Source: Malacoraja senta (lineage: Eukaryota). Taken from it: 64,000 bases of DNA. The stretch spans positions 169,260,001 to 169,324,000 of the forward strand of contig CM075978.1 in the NCBI GenBank assembly GCA_038087875.1. Reading direction: 5' to 3'. The translations under genes and the position numbers were made by a program. A model generated the notes under the pieces. The model saw nothing but the letters and a program-made list of their open reading frames with translations. It was not told the origin of the DNA and made no database searches. Below, one piece after another: positions 1 through 12,822 of this stretch. Position 1 is the stretch's first letter; each line of letters starts with the position of its first letter.

Positions 1-1510
1 TTGGGACCAGCAACCACTCTTCTATCAGTTTTTAAATAGTTATGGATAAAGACAGGGCAGGCTCACGAGTTAAAATTCAGAATTGAGGCAACTCCAATTT
101 TGATGGTATTAAGAACTTGCTCAATTTGATTGTAGGTTGTTTGTGGGCAAAGGAATGTCCAGAATGTGGCATGTTTACAAAAGTGTGATACAAGAGTCTA
201 GAGCATACAAGTTCCAGATAGAGTGAAGGGAAAGGTAGGTGGGATTAAAGAAGCTTGGATGATGAGAGAAATTGAGGCTCTTTTCAGGAAAAAGAAGGTA
301 GCAGAGGCAGCTGGGGTAAAGTGCATCCCTGGAGGAGTTTTGGGAACTGAGGACCATACTTAAGAAGGAAATCAGGAGGACAATAAAGGGATAGCTCTGG
401 CAGATAATATTAAGGAAAATCCAAAAAGAAGTAATGTACATTAAGAGAATGAGGGTATTTGGAGAGAGATTTTTATAGGGCCCCTCAGAAACCATCTCTA
501 TGTATACTGGAGATGGGCAAGGTCCTCAATGAGTATTTCTCCTTGGTTTTTACCATGGAGAAAGACAAAGACTGGGAAGTTTGGAAAAAGAATGGGAATG
601 TCTTGAGGGCAGTCTGTATTATGGTCAAGGTGGCGCTGAACATCCTAAGGTGTATGAAGGTAGAGAAACCTCCTGGGTCTAATAAGGTATATCTGAGGAC
701 ACTGTGGGAACTTGGAGAAGAAATTGCGGGCACCATCATCATTAGACACGGGTGAGGTGCAAGAAGACTGGTGGGTGGCTAATGTTGTACCTCTATATAA
801 GAAGGGCTGAAAAAAAGCCTGGGAACTTTAAGCCACATATAGGAACTATATACCACAGAGCCTAACATCTGTGGTAGACAGGTTACTGGACAGTATTCTA
901 AGGGATAAGATATATGTGCATTTGGATAGACAGGGGTTGATTAGGGAAAGTCGGCTTGGCATTGTATTGGGAGATCATGTCTTATGAAATTGAGTTTTTT
1001 GATGAGGTAACTAACAAATTGATGAGGTCAAAGATCTTATCTATATGGACTTCAGCAAGGCATTTGATAAGATTCTGCATGGTAGGTAGGCTGCTCTGGA
1101 AGATTGGATTGCTTGGGTTCCAGGGAAATCTAGCTGACTGGTAAGAGAATTGGCTTCATGGAAAGAAGCAGAGCATAATGGTGGAAGGTTGTTTTTTGGA
1201 TTGGAGGCCTGTGATTAGTGGCATGCCTCAGGGATCGGTGGTGGGCCCAGTGCTATATGTGGCTTATAGCAGCAATTTGGATGAGAATACAGAAGGCATG
1301 TTTAGTAAATTTGCAGATGGCACTAAAGTAGGCGCCATCATGGATAGCGAAGATGGTTATCAAGAAATCCAGCAGGATCTTGATCAGTTGGGCATGTGGG
1401 CTGAGGAATGATTAATGGAGTTTAATGCAGATAAGTGTGAGGTGTTGCATTTTGGGAAGTCAAACCAGGGCAAGACCTTCACAATGAATAGAAGGGCCTT
1501 TGGGAGCATC
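1..1510 (+). mobile_element. Decayed CR1-clade LINE fragment (ORF2/RT region)
   Basis: Broken ORFs give CR1-type peptides: VLNEYFSLVFTMEK, WRPVISGMPQGSVVGP, SKFADGTK (RT catalytic region), QQDLDQL; many stops and frameshifts. Confidence 0.85.
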
Positions 1511-2469
1511 ATATACATATCTGTACAGCTTTCAATGCTTCTCCCAGTTTCTTAGTGTTGTATCCCTGTTAGAGCGTATTGTGTGCATACATACTTACCA
1601 TACAGTATAAATCCATGACCACATTAGTCATTGACATAAGATATTTCAGAGAAGTTACCACACTCCACACATCATGCTGAGAAATTAATCCTAGTAGCAA
1701 TAACAGAAGAAGGATTTTTGCTGAAAATGGAAATCCAGTTATTTCCATCTTTTCCACTCTATCTTTAATCTCAGAAGAACAGTTGAGTTTGTAAGGCAAA
1801 TCAAACTTTTTAAATCAACATCCAACAATGCCAACATTTGGGATCTAAACCTTTTTAAGACCTATCTCAATATACTTTTCCTGAAGAGACCAATTGAAAG
1901 AGTTCGGCCAAACTCATAACTAAATATTAAGAAAATTACTTCAGCACAATGCTATTTGGGGTTAATGGAGATCCAATGGACAGAGAAGGATTGGTGTACA
2001 TGCAAGGTAAGTTCATGTGATTGTAATAATTAGTAAATTTAGACGTGCCTGGCCTCATTCATCACTTTCAGCTAGTTCTTCAGAAAGATTAGATACCAAA
2101 TGACCTTATACGAACTGAGAAATAGTCAGTTGAATCATAGCAAACCACAGAAACAGATGTCGTCAGGGCAACTGGAATTCTAAGGGAAAATATAGAATAA
2201 CCAAGCTGTATGAGTCTATGAGATGAAGTTGCTGTTACATGATTTCATAATATTCATAACATGCTCAGATCGATGACCACAAATGACCTGCCCCTGTGCA
2301 GAAAAATGGAGCAATAAAACTCAGATAAAAACGGAAAAATATCTGGCTTCTATTTACCAAGTTTTTTTTAATGTAAAGAAGGCCAGATTAGTAAAAAGAA
2401 CACAAAAACTAAAATAATAAACTCACATTTTACTGTGAGTAAAATATCAAAAGGGAGATTAGAATACGT

Positions 2470-2960
2470 GTTCTTTATTAACCAACTTCAGTAAAGCATT
2501 TGACAAGTTCCCTTCTGGTGGGATGATCCAAAGGATCAAGGCACATGGTGCCTTGGTAGATTGCATTCAAATTTGGCTTGGCCATTGATGATAAAAAGTA
2601 ATGGTGGAAGGGTGTTATTCTGGCTGGAGGTCTGTGACCAGTGGGATTCTGCAGGGATCAGTGCTGGGTCTCTGTTGTTGATAATATATACAAATGTGTT
2701 GGATGAAAACGTGGGTGGGCGGATCAGTAATTTTGCAGGGAAACACAAAAAATAGTGGAATTGTGGACAGTGAACCAGGTTGTGAAAGGAAACAGCAGGA
2801 TATAGATCAGCTGGAACATGGGCAGAGATATGGCAGATGGTATTTAATCTAGACAATTGTGAAACGGTACAATTTGGGATGTGAAATGTAAGAAGAAATC
2901 AATGGCAAGAACCTTAAGAACATTGAATTACAGACATTTCTTGGGATTCAAGTCCATTGC
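2470..2960 (+). mobile_element. Older CR1 LINE fragment (RT core)
   Basis: Sequence parallels 1040-1500 (ttcagtaaagcatttgacaag, gcagggatcagtgctgggtc, ttttgcagg). Confidence 0.7.
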
Positions 2961-3269
2961 TCCCTGCCATTTGTCTTGTCTGTCCATTTCCCTCCACAGA
3001 TGCTGCCTGGCATGTTGAGTTAATGAAGATGCAATGGACAGAGAAAGATGGGTGTAAGGTAAGGTGAATGTTGATACACTTGAGGAGGGTTATCAAGTTA
3101 ATAAAGGGAGGTTGAAATTATGATCAAGACCCTTCTTCAGAACCAGCATCTGTAGTTCCTTCCTACACAGGGTAGAAATTATGTGCAGATCAGAAAAAAA
3201 GGTAAGTACAGCATGGTTCTGACCTGTCTTCTGCCTCCAACAAATACATGACACCACACTTCATACATC

Positions 3270-4110
3270 TCAATCATTCAATCAATCAATCAATTTTATT
3301 TGTATGGCACATTTAAAAACAACTCACGTTGACCAAAGTGCTGTACATCAGTGCAGGTACTAATGTGCTACATACAATGGTACACAGACCTAACAATACA
3401 TACATAAACTGTTTACAGCACCCCCTCAGAGGGCCTCAAAAACGCTAGGGAGTAGAAATAGGTTTTGAGCCTCGACTTAAAAGAGTCGATGGAGGGGCAG
3501 TTCTGATGAGGAGAGGGATGCTGTTCCACAGTCTAGGTGCTGCAACCGCAAATGCGCGGACACCCCTGAGCTTAGACCTAGACCGTGGGATAGTCAGTAG
3601 CCCCAAGTCGGCCGACCTGAGGGACCTGGAGGTAGGATGGTGGGTTAGAAGATTTTTGATATGGGGGGGGAAGCCAGTTAAGGGCTTTGTATACGAATAA
3701 GAGGAGCTTGAAGTTGATTCTGTACCGTACTGGGAGCCATTGGGGAGAGACCAGAATGGAGGTGATGTGGTCCCTTTTACGGGTACCCGTCAGATGTCTC
3801 GCTGCGGCGTTTTGAACCAATTGCAGGCGGGACAGGGATGATTGGCTGATGTCAGTGTATAGGGAGTTGCAGTAGTCAAGGCGGGAGGAGATGAATGCGT
3901 GGATGATTTTTTTCAAGGTCGTTGAATTGGAGGAATAGTTTGATTTTAGCTATGGTACGAAGCTGGAAGAAACTAGCTTTTACCACAGAGTTGACTTGCT
4001 TGTCAAACTTTAATGCGGAGTCAAATATCACGCCAAGGTTTTTGACGTGCGGTTTGACTAAGGAGGTTAGGCTTCCAAGGCTGCCTGTTATCGTTTTGAT
4101 GGAGGCTATT
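3270..4110 (-). mobile_element. L2-clade LINE 3' fragment with (TTGA)n tail
   Basis: ORF 3578-3916(-) HAFISSRLDYCNSLY...LQLVQNAAAR...WLPVRYRINFKLLL is the typical L2 ORF2 C-terminus; tandem tail tcaatcaatcaa at 3270-3293. Confidence 0.85.
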
Positions 4111-4889
4111 AATCTCTCTCACTACTTTTACCTTCCTGGTGCCCCCTCTATCTTATTCTCCCATCGCAATAAGCAGAGTGTTCCCCAAATTCTCACAGAC
4201 TTCTGTGAATATCTAGAGAGGCATCACTGGACAAAGATGCATAGTTAGACAGTCTTAACTCCATTCTTCCATTTCATTCACTTTATCTCTGTATTACAAC
4301 CCTTAAAATTGCACAGCTGGAGTGATCTTTTAAAATTTGGACTCGAAATTGCATTGCATGGGCGGTCATCAACCCTATTTGTGTTAATTTTTTAGGGGAA
4401 ACAAAGAAATAATAACATATCCTGGTGACTTGGTTAAAAGGAAAATCAAAGATATCAAATTGATTTATTGGTCTCCCATGTACTATTCAACCATCTCCCC
4501 TTGTTCATCCTGAACTTAAAATCCACCCATAAGTATAGATGTCTTATGAAGTTGTTACATATTTGAGCCAAAGACTGTTGCATCATTGAGGGGAAATGTG
4601 GATGAAAAGTTCAAACAATGAAAGATTCAGTGGAAATTGGTGGATTCCTGATGTATTGTGCATTTCCCTGAATTTAACACTCTAGCTGTTCCTAAACGGA
4701 TGCACTCCTGGGCCTTAAAATTCCACCTTTTATATCAGGGTTTAGAGACATGCATAGTAATTTATATTTGATTTGTAAGCGTATGTTAAACAGATGTATT
4801 TGCATGCAAGCATATCTTAATGTGTTTCATGATTATTGGTGGTGCATCGAGGTGGCCTAGATGCTACTGATCATATGCCTTGGCCTACG

Positions 4890-5411
4890 CGATCTGCCAG
4901 TTGCTGAACACTTTAACTCCCCTTCTCAATCCCACAGTGACCTTTCTGGCCTGGGACTCCTCCACTGTCAGAGTGAGGTCAAATGCAAACTGAGGAACAG
5001 CACCTCATGTTTCACTTAGGCAGCTTACAACCCAGTGGTATGAATAATGATTTCTCTCATTTTAAGTAACCCTTGCATTCCGTCTCTCTCCGGCCCTCCC
5101 CCACCCTTGTCATACTACTAGTTTCACTGTTGTCCTGCTTAGTTTCACTGTTCGTACCCCCTCGGTATCACCTTTTCCATGGCCAACAATGGACCATTGT
5201 GGGCTCCACCTTTCCTTGATTATCCTTGCAGGCCTTGATTTGTTCTTTGATACCTTTCATTCTTTTGTTATTTTTGCCTCTACATGCCTCCAGTTTTCCT
5301 CTCCTCTGACTCAGTCTGAAGAAAGGTCTCGACCCGAAACCTTTCCTATTCCTTTTCTCCAGAGGTGCTGCCTGACCTGATGAGTTACTCCAACATTTTG
5401 TGTCTATCTTC
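4890..5411 (+). mobile_element. Penelope-like element 3' end: GIY-YIG endonuclease C-terminus plus pseudo-LTR with degenerate hammerhead core
   Basis: Manual translation LPVAEHFNSPS..SDLSGLGLLHCQSEVKCKL/EQHLMFHLGSLQPSGMNNDFS (one frameshift), then a pyrimidine-rich UTR and CTGAAGA..GAAAC at ~5316-5340. Confidence 0.8.
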
Positions 5412-5949
5412 CCTTCTCTGTCAACGAGAGCTTCAAGAAATCACACCGATGTTTAAATTGCAACTGCAAAATTAGTGGCTAATTCCAATGCTACTCCACA
5501 ACCCATCTGAAAAGAAAGTGGGTGAATGAATAAATGAAGGTATTCAGATATATTTCTGAGACAGCAGTCTGTATGTCCTTCCTGCTTATCAATCATATCA
5601 TTGTGGCAAACCTGCCCTCCATTATACTTTGTAGTTTGAACTGGAGGAATAAGGGTAGAAACCCATGTGCAATTGCATGCATCGAATGCATAATACAGTA
5701 GTAGCTGCTCAGTTGCAATGTGTACACCACTGTGTGCATGTCAAACTGACATAAAGCTCAGGAAAAGGCACTGTAATAAACCAGCACATAGCACTACAAT
5801 ATAAACCATAGAAGTATTTCTGTAACTAAATGTCATTTAATGATTCTCATTTCTAGATTATCACCACACACGCATTGTAAACATATTTATTGCAGGAATA
5901 TCAGGACCTAACCTAGGCCTCCCCGGTGATTGCGAATTGCGATCAGAAT

Positions 5950-6095
5950 TTAATAAGTATCAAGAGGAGCACTTAAATCGCCTTGGCAGGGAAGGCTATG
6001 GACCGTGCTGGAAGATGGGGTTAAAATTGATGGGTTCCACTGGACATGGTGGACTGAATGGCCTGTTTCCATTCTGTATAATTCTATGACTCTAT
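5950..6095 (+). mobile_element. CR1 3' tail fragment
   Basis: ggactgaatggcctgtttcc...ctatgactctatga tail shared with the other CR1 and SINE ends in the window. Confidence 0.6.
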
Positions 6096-6809
6096 GAGAA
6101 ATAGGACACAGATCCAGGCGGCAATGGTGCAAACTCAAGGTCCACTTGAATCCAGTAAATCAATACACAGTATGCATGAGAGCATGGAGTTATTCTATCT
6201 GTGCATTCTGTCAGACCAAGGCATAGCCTTGCAACTGGTACCATGTAGTCCAGTTCAACCTGTGGGACATGCTCATCCTTCATGGAAAGTCTGCTTTGGC
6301 GGACCAGGCGGAAGAGATCTTTATGAACCAATGTCTGGAAAGGCGATGCAGCAATGCACTGTGGAATGCGAAGGGCTAGTCAGAGCACTAAAGACGACAT
6401 GGCTATCCACTGCAGCCAAGAAGTCTCCAGTCGTGATGATTTTTCATACCACTGGACTCTGACTTCTTCGGCCGAGAGGGTGGGGTTGTTACAGGGCAAC
6501 AGCTTTTCCACCTTAAACATTCACGCACAGGTTTTTGTGCAGCCCTCTTCTCTGACTTGTGAGCCATGTCAGAACACACCAGAATTGAGACTGCACAACT
6601 CGCCATTGTCGTTACTGACGGGCCACCACCACGTATTCTGGGGAATGTGCTACATTGCTACAATATAACAATGGGATGGGCATGGGGACGGAGGGATATG
6701 GATCATGTACAGGCAGAGATTCATTTATATTGGTATCATATTCAGAAAATAATGGGCTGAAGGGCTATACTGTTCTTTGAGCTATGTTCAGACTTTCAAC
6801 TTTCGACTT

Positions 6810-7100
6810 TAAAAATAAAGCGTGGAACAGGCCCTTCAACCCACTGAGTCCACGCCGACCAGCGATCACACCGTGCACTAGCACTATCCGACACACTATG
6901 GGCAATTTACAATTTTTACTGAAGTCAATTGACCTACAAACCTGTACGTCTTTGGAGGAAACCGGAGCACCCGGAGAAAACCCACACGGTCACAGGGAGA
7001 ACGTACAAACTCTGTACAGACAGCACCCGTAGATCCTAGTCGGGATAGATCTCTGCCGCTTTATGGCAGCAACTCCACCACTCCACCACTATGCTGCCCG
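6810..7100 (-). mobile_element. tRNA-derived V-SINE (HE1-like)
   Basis: Reverse complement of the family seen at 23557-23891 (central domain ggtgctccggtttcctcc; CR1-type tail). Confidence 0.8.
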
Positions 7101-7714
7101 ATATGTTCTAACAAATAAATATTTTCCCAGGTAATTTAAACTCTAGACTTAGTGCTTTCCTTATGCATAGAACAGAATCATGAATCATACATCACAAGAG
7201 AAGCCTATTCAACCCATTGTGCCTCATCAGTTATCCATGATGTCTGTACCTCCTCACTACAGCCTAGCTCCTCCAAGCATCATAAAATCCTTTCTTGAAA
7301 GTTACCATTGAATTGGCTTCCCCCCTCACCAGCAGCCAGGGCAAAGTAGCTCACAATCCGTACTGCAAAAATAAATCCTCATCTTCCTTCTGGTTATTTG
7401 GCAATAACCTTGAAATCTGCTCACTGACCTCCCTGCCAGTGAAAACAGTTTCTCCCTTTACTCTCTGCCAAAACCATTTACAATTCTGACCACTCCTATT
7501 TAAACTTCTCTGAATCTTCTCCGCTCGGATGCTGACCAAACAAAGTTTCTGTAGTTTCTGCACATTACAGGAGTTCCCTCAGCCTGAGCACTGATGTGTA
7601 TCTCTGCTACTGACCACTCCTTTACCACGCCATCTCACCTTACAACTGGTTCACAGGTTATATTGGTCCAATAGTCTCCTTACCCGGTGATCGTAATCCT
7701 ACATGCAATTAGTT

Positions 7715-8020
7715 TTGTTTAGAGATACAACGGGGAAACAGGCCCTTCAGTCCATCGAGTCTGTGCTGACCAGCAATCTCCTTACACTAGCATTATCCTA
7801 CACACACTAGGGACAATTTACAATTATACCAAGTCAATTAACCTACAAACCTGTATGTCTTTCGAGTGTGGGAGGAAATCAAAGCTCCTGGAGTAAACCC
7901 ACACAGGTCACAGAAAGTACATACAAACTCTGTACAGACAAGCATGCATAGTCAGGATTGATCCCGGGTGTCTGACACTGTAGGGCAGCAACTCTACTGC
8001 TGTGCCATCGTGCCGCCCTA
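7715..8020 (-). mobile_element. V-SINE (HE1-like)
   Basis: Same family; head ggcacgatggcacagcagtagagttgctgcc on the minus strand. Confidence 0.8.
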
Positions 8021-8286
8021 AAATTTCCTGATCCGGATGCGAACAGCCTATCTCAGAGGCTTCTAGCATTGCAGACAATAGGGTATTGGGCAGCACATAG
8101 AAGACCCCTCTTTCCTGACAGCCTCTGACAAACAGCAAAGATGGAGGAAGTAAGTGGAATCTTTGTTGATTGTAAAAATATTAAGTGATTTTAATTGTGT
8201 TTATATGTCTCTGGTATTCTCTGATCATCCACTAAAATAGAAGTATGCTGCATGCATTAGGGGGTATTAGCTGCAAAGAGAGACAG

Positions 8287-8595
8287 GGTGGTGCAGCGGT
8301 AGAGTTGCTGGCTTTACAGCGCCAGAGACTCGGGTTAGATCCTGACTTCAGGTGCTGTTGGTACGGAGTTTGTTCTTTCTCCCTGTGACCACGTGGGTTA
8401 TCTCCAGTTGCTATGTTTTACCTCCCACACTGCAAAGATGTACAGGTTTGTAGGTTAATTGGCTTCTATAAATTGTAAATTGTCCCTAGTGTGTGGAATC
8501 ATGCTAGTGTACCAGGTGATCACTGGTCGGCCCAGACTCGGTGGGCTGTAGGGCCTGTTTCCACACTGTATCTCTAAAGTCTAAAGTCTAAAGAC
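8287..8595 (+). mobile_element. V-SINE (HE1-like)
   Basis: tRNA-like head ggtggtgcagcggtagag, B-box-like gggttagatcc, (ctaaagt)n tail. Confidence 0.8.
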
Positions 8596-8599
8596 TTTG

Positions 8600-8965
8600 A
8601 TTGTTTTTTCTGGAGTACCAGAGGCTGAAGGGGGACCTGCTAGAAATATATAAAGTGATGAGAGGCGTGGATAGAGTACCGAGTCAGAAACATTTTCCCA
8701 GGGTGGAAGTGTCAAAGACTGGCGGGCATAGCTTTAAGATGAGAGGGGCAAAGTCTAAAGGAGATATGCAGGACAAGTTATTTACACAAAGGGTTGTGGG
8801 TGCCTGGAGGCACTCACAATGGTGGTGTTTAAGTTGCTTTTAGATGCACACAATATGCAGTATATGGAGGGATATGGATCATGTGCAGGCAGATGAGATC
8901 AGATTATCTTGACGCCATGTGGGGCAAACATTGTGGGCTGATGGGGCTGTTCCTGTGCTATATTT
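8600..8965 (+). mobile_element. CR1 3' fragment
   Basis: ORF 8601-8843 LEYQRLKGDLLEIYKVMRG...FTQRVVGAW matches the CR1 ORF2 C-terminus. Confidence 0.8.
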
Positions 8966-9164
8966 TGGGTCCCAGGTAAATTAAAACTTATTTTTTAAAT
9001 GAGAAAAGTTAACTTAATAAAAACATCCAAAAATAATTAAAGTAAAATAATATTAAGGAGAAAAAATAAATTATCTTGCCCCTTGCTTCCTAAATCTGTG
9101 CCCTGTACTGCCCATTAAAATCAAAGGGTGTACCATCTGCACCAGACCTGACCTGATAAGTGGC

Positions 9165-9495
9165 CAGGGTGACAGAGGAGACAGCTAGCAAAACTGCTGC
9201 ATCATAATTCCAGCAACCTGCCTTCAATCCTGACTTTGGGTGCTGTCTATGTGGAGTTTGCACATTCCTCTTGTGACGGCGTGGGCTTTCTCCGGGTCCT
9301 CCAGTTTCCTCCCACATCCCAAAGACGTGCAGGGTGGTAGATCGGCCATTGCAAGTTGACCCTAGTAATAGGGGAGTGCAGAAGTTGATCAGAATATGGA
9401 TTGATTAAAAAATGGGATTAAGTGAGGGGTTGATGATGAGTGGGGACTTGGTAGACTGACGGGCCTGAATCCATGCTGTATAACTCTGTGACTCT
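9165..9495 (+). mobile_element. Diverged V-SINE
   Basis: gtggagtttgcacattcctc...ccagtttcctcccacatcccaaagacg central domain. Confidence 0.7.
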
Positions 9496-10051
9496 CAGTG
9501 AAGAGAATCCACAACAGAGCAGTGTGAAATCTCAGCAGGTCTAATCCTCCACTCTGCATGTCGAACAGAGGAGCAAAATGCTCACTGGCTGCAACAAAGC
9601 TTCGTAGAGTTTCATAGCCAGTATGTGAACAGTTGTTGAATAAACCATACTTCAAGTCCAGTTGAATTTATTGTTGAATGTTGAGTTACAGGTACAATGA
9701 AAATTTGCTTGCAGAAACATCACAGACATGGACATGTAGATACAGACAACACTCGGAAAATTAATTTATACTTAAATTATATATAATTTACACCCAAATT
9801 GTACAAGACCGTGAAAAGAAAGAGACTGTGCAAAAATCAAGATACTCGTGTAAACATAGATAGACAAATAGAAAACAAGTCTGTGGTAATGCAAGAGGTG
9901 GACTGTAGCGTTCCACTGCTGAAGTGGGATTAGGGTTGAGCAGTCCTGTTCAAAAATATAATTGTTGGAAAATAGCTGCTCCTGAACCTGCTGTTGTGGG
10001 ACGTCTGGCTTCTCGCTGTCTCCTGCTCAATGCTGGCAGTGAGAATACAGA

Positions 10052-10930
10052 TCAATTCAAGTCAAGTCAACTTTATTTGTCACATACACATACAAAATGT
10101 ACAGTGAAATGAAAGTGGCAATGCCTGCGGATTGTGCAAAAACAACAGAACAGAACACAACAGAACAGAACCAGTATTTACATTTTAGAAAACAAAAAAG
10201 ACACAACAGTAAATGAGTCCCTGGTGAGATCAGAGTTTACAGTCCTAATGGCCTGTGGGAAGAAACTCTGTCTCATCCTCTCTGTTTTCGCAACGTGACA
10301 GCAGAGGCACTTGCCTGACCATAGCAGCTGGAACAGTCCGTTGCTGGGGTGGTAGGGGTCCTTCATTTTCTTGCTGGCTGGATCTGCACCTCCTGGTGTA
10401 TAGGTCCTGCAGGGGGGTGAGTGTAGTCCCATTGTGCGTTCGGCCGAACACACTACTCTCTGCAGAGCCTTCCTGTCCTGGGCAGAGCTGTTCCCAAACC
10501 AGATTGTGATGTTACCGAACAAGATGCTTTCTACAGCCCCCGAGTAGGACTGAACGATTCTCAGAGAGACTCTGAATTTCCGCAGCTGTATGAGGTGGTA
10601 AAGGCGCTGCCTTGCCTTCCTCACCAGTGCGGCAGTGTGTGTTGTCCATGTCACACCCTCTATCCACAGTAGTCCCATTTACTGTATCTCCAGTGGCATG
10701 TACATCATAGGTTGTAGAGCCCTTCTAAAGTCAACAATCAGCTCCTTAGTTTTAGTGACATTTAAGAGGAGGCTGTTGTCCTGACACCAGAGTGCCAGGT
10801 CAGCCACCTCCTCCAGGTAGGCTTTCTCATCGTTATCGGAGATCAGGCTCACCACCCCAGTGTCATCAGCAAACTTGATGATGGAGTTGCTGAACCTGGC
10901 CACACAGTCATGTGTGTACAGGGAGTACAT
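10052..10930 (-). mobile_element. Rex1/Babar-type LINE, 3' non-inverted segment
   Basis: YSLYTHDCVA...IIKFADDT...LLLNVTKTKELIVDFRR and KARQRLYHL...SFFPQAIR; (TTGAC)n tail at ~10056-10071. Confidence 0.85.
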
Positions 10931-11851
10931 CGCAGATGGAGCAGTAGGACACCAGATGCCTTTGGCAGGGGCAACCGACTATAACTAACTACCAAAGCAA
11001 CCCCCCTTCAACTGGGAGTGCCGGCACCTCCTTAGCTGATGACCTGAACTCCCTTTACGCACAATTCGAGATGGGCAACATCACCCCTAGTTCGCAAGCT
11101 AACAGCACCGCCAGCGCGCTGGCTAGCGAGGCTGGAGGGAGGTTCACCGCTCGGGATGTGCACACATTCCCGGTGTCTGAGCATGATGTGAGGAGTGCTC
11201 TAATGCGTGTAAACACGAGGAAAGCTGTAGGCCCAGATGGTATATCTGGGCGAGTACTAAAGTCTTGTGCTAATCAGCTTGCTCCAGTGCTTACCACAAT
11301 ATTCAACCTCTCCCTGGCCAAGTCCGTGGTCCCTTCTTGCTTCAAAAGATCCACCATTGTACCAGTGCCTAAGAATGCCTCTCCAGCCTGCTTGAATGAC
11401 TACCCTCCTCACGTCGTGCTCGGACACCGAGAATGTGTGCACCGACCGGTGGCCCTCACCTCAGTGGTCATGAAATGCTTCGAGAGGCTGATCAAGAACT
11501 ACATCTGCGCCTTCCTCCCTCGCACCATGGACCCGCTGCAGTTCGCATACTGTCCGAACAGATCCACGGATGATGCGGTCTCCCAGGATCTGCACACCAC
11601 TCTCTCTCACCTTGACAGCCAGAAGGGGGGCTATGTGAGGATGCTGTTCATTGATTTCAATTCCGTTTTCAACACCATAATCCCCACCAGACTTGCTGAG
11701 AAGCTGCTGGAACTGGGGCTGAACATTCCCCTGTGTGCCTGGGTCCTGGACTTTCTCACCGCCAGGCCCCAGGTGGTCAAGATGGGGAGATATACCTCCT
11801 ACCCCCTCACCCTGAACATAGGATCCCCTCAGGGTTGCGTCCTCAGCCCCC
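10931..11851 (+). mobile_element. Rex1/Babar-type LINE, inverted 5' segment
   Basis: ORF 11071-12036 KAVGPDGISGRVLKSCA...RPVALTSVVMKCFERL...DPLQFAY...MLFIDFNSVFNTI...GSPQGCVLSP. Confidence 0.85.
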
Positions 11852-12129
11852 AGAGTTTGGGAATCGTTGATAATAGATGTTGCCCTCTCGAGGCGGCGCC
11901 TCATGTAGATACGAACACTTTTCTGAGTCCCATGTATATTCAACAATATTGGTTAAAGAACATAGAACATAGAACAGTACAGACAGGGACAGAACCTTCA
12001 GCCCACAATGTCCTTGCTGAACATGAAACCAAGTAAAACTAATCTTCTCTGTCTGTAAGTGATCCACATCCCTCCATTCCCTGCATATCCAAGTTGATAA
12101 ATGGTCATGGTTCAGGGATCACTGGAAAT

Positions 12130-12640
12130 TAATATACATTTTCAGCAAATAAAATTAAGAAAGGAAACATTGTGTTGGCCTTTATTGTTAGAGGATTTGA
12201 TTACAAGTGTGGGGACATCGTCATCCGATAACATACAGTAGCCCAGACAGACCAGATTTGGAGTATCACATACAAGGTTGTTCTTCAATCTTGCGGAAGA
12301 ATATATTTGCAATTGAGAGAGTTCAGCAAAGGTTCACCAGATTGATTCTTGCAATATCAGATTTATTGTATGTGAGGAGAAATTAAGCAGATTGAGACAT
12401 TATTCTTTTGATTTCAAAGGAATGAGAGGTGATCTCATAAAGGTACGTTTATATAGGTTTTTGAAAGGGTAGGAGGGAAGTCTATGTTTTCCCTGGCTAC
12501 AGTGCTCAGAACGATATTTGGTCAGTCTCAAAATATGTGGTTGGACGGACAGGATGGAGCTGAGGAACACTTTCTTCAGGCAGAGATATTAAGAGAATCA
12601 AGGCATATGTGGATGAGAGTGACACTGAGGTACAATTGAA
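12130..12640 (+). mobile_element. Old CR1 3' fragment
   Basis: Degenerate match to the young copy at 18373-18983 (ggttcaccagattgattc, gaggtgatctcataaa). Confidence 0.6.
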
Positions 12641-12732
12641 GTGCCTCACCATAGCTGTATGTGTGTATATGACAATAAACTCAACTTGACTTGATTTGAA
12701 ACATCATATTGGTGGCAGAGCAGAAATAAGAA

Positions 12733-12822
12733 TGAAGGGTCTTGACCCAAACATCACCCATTCCTTCTATCCAGAGATCTGCCTGTCCTGCTGAGTTACT
12801 CCAGCATTTTGTGTCTATCTTC
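12733..12822 (+). mobile_element. Short Penelope pLTR-derived element
   Basis: gaagggtcttgacccaaacatcacccattcc...ctgagttactccagcattttgtgtctatc. Confidence 0.75.

Noticed and set aside
11071-12036. 321-aa ORF as an intact reverse transcriptase gene
   Set aside because: Inverted, truncated LINE piece; the catalytic FADD motif is on the other strand
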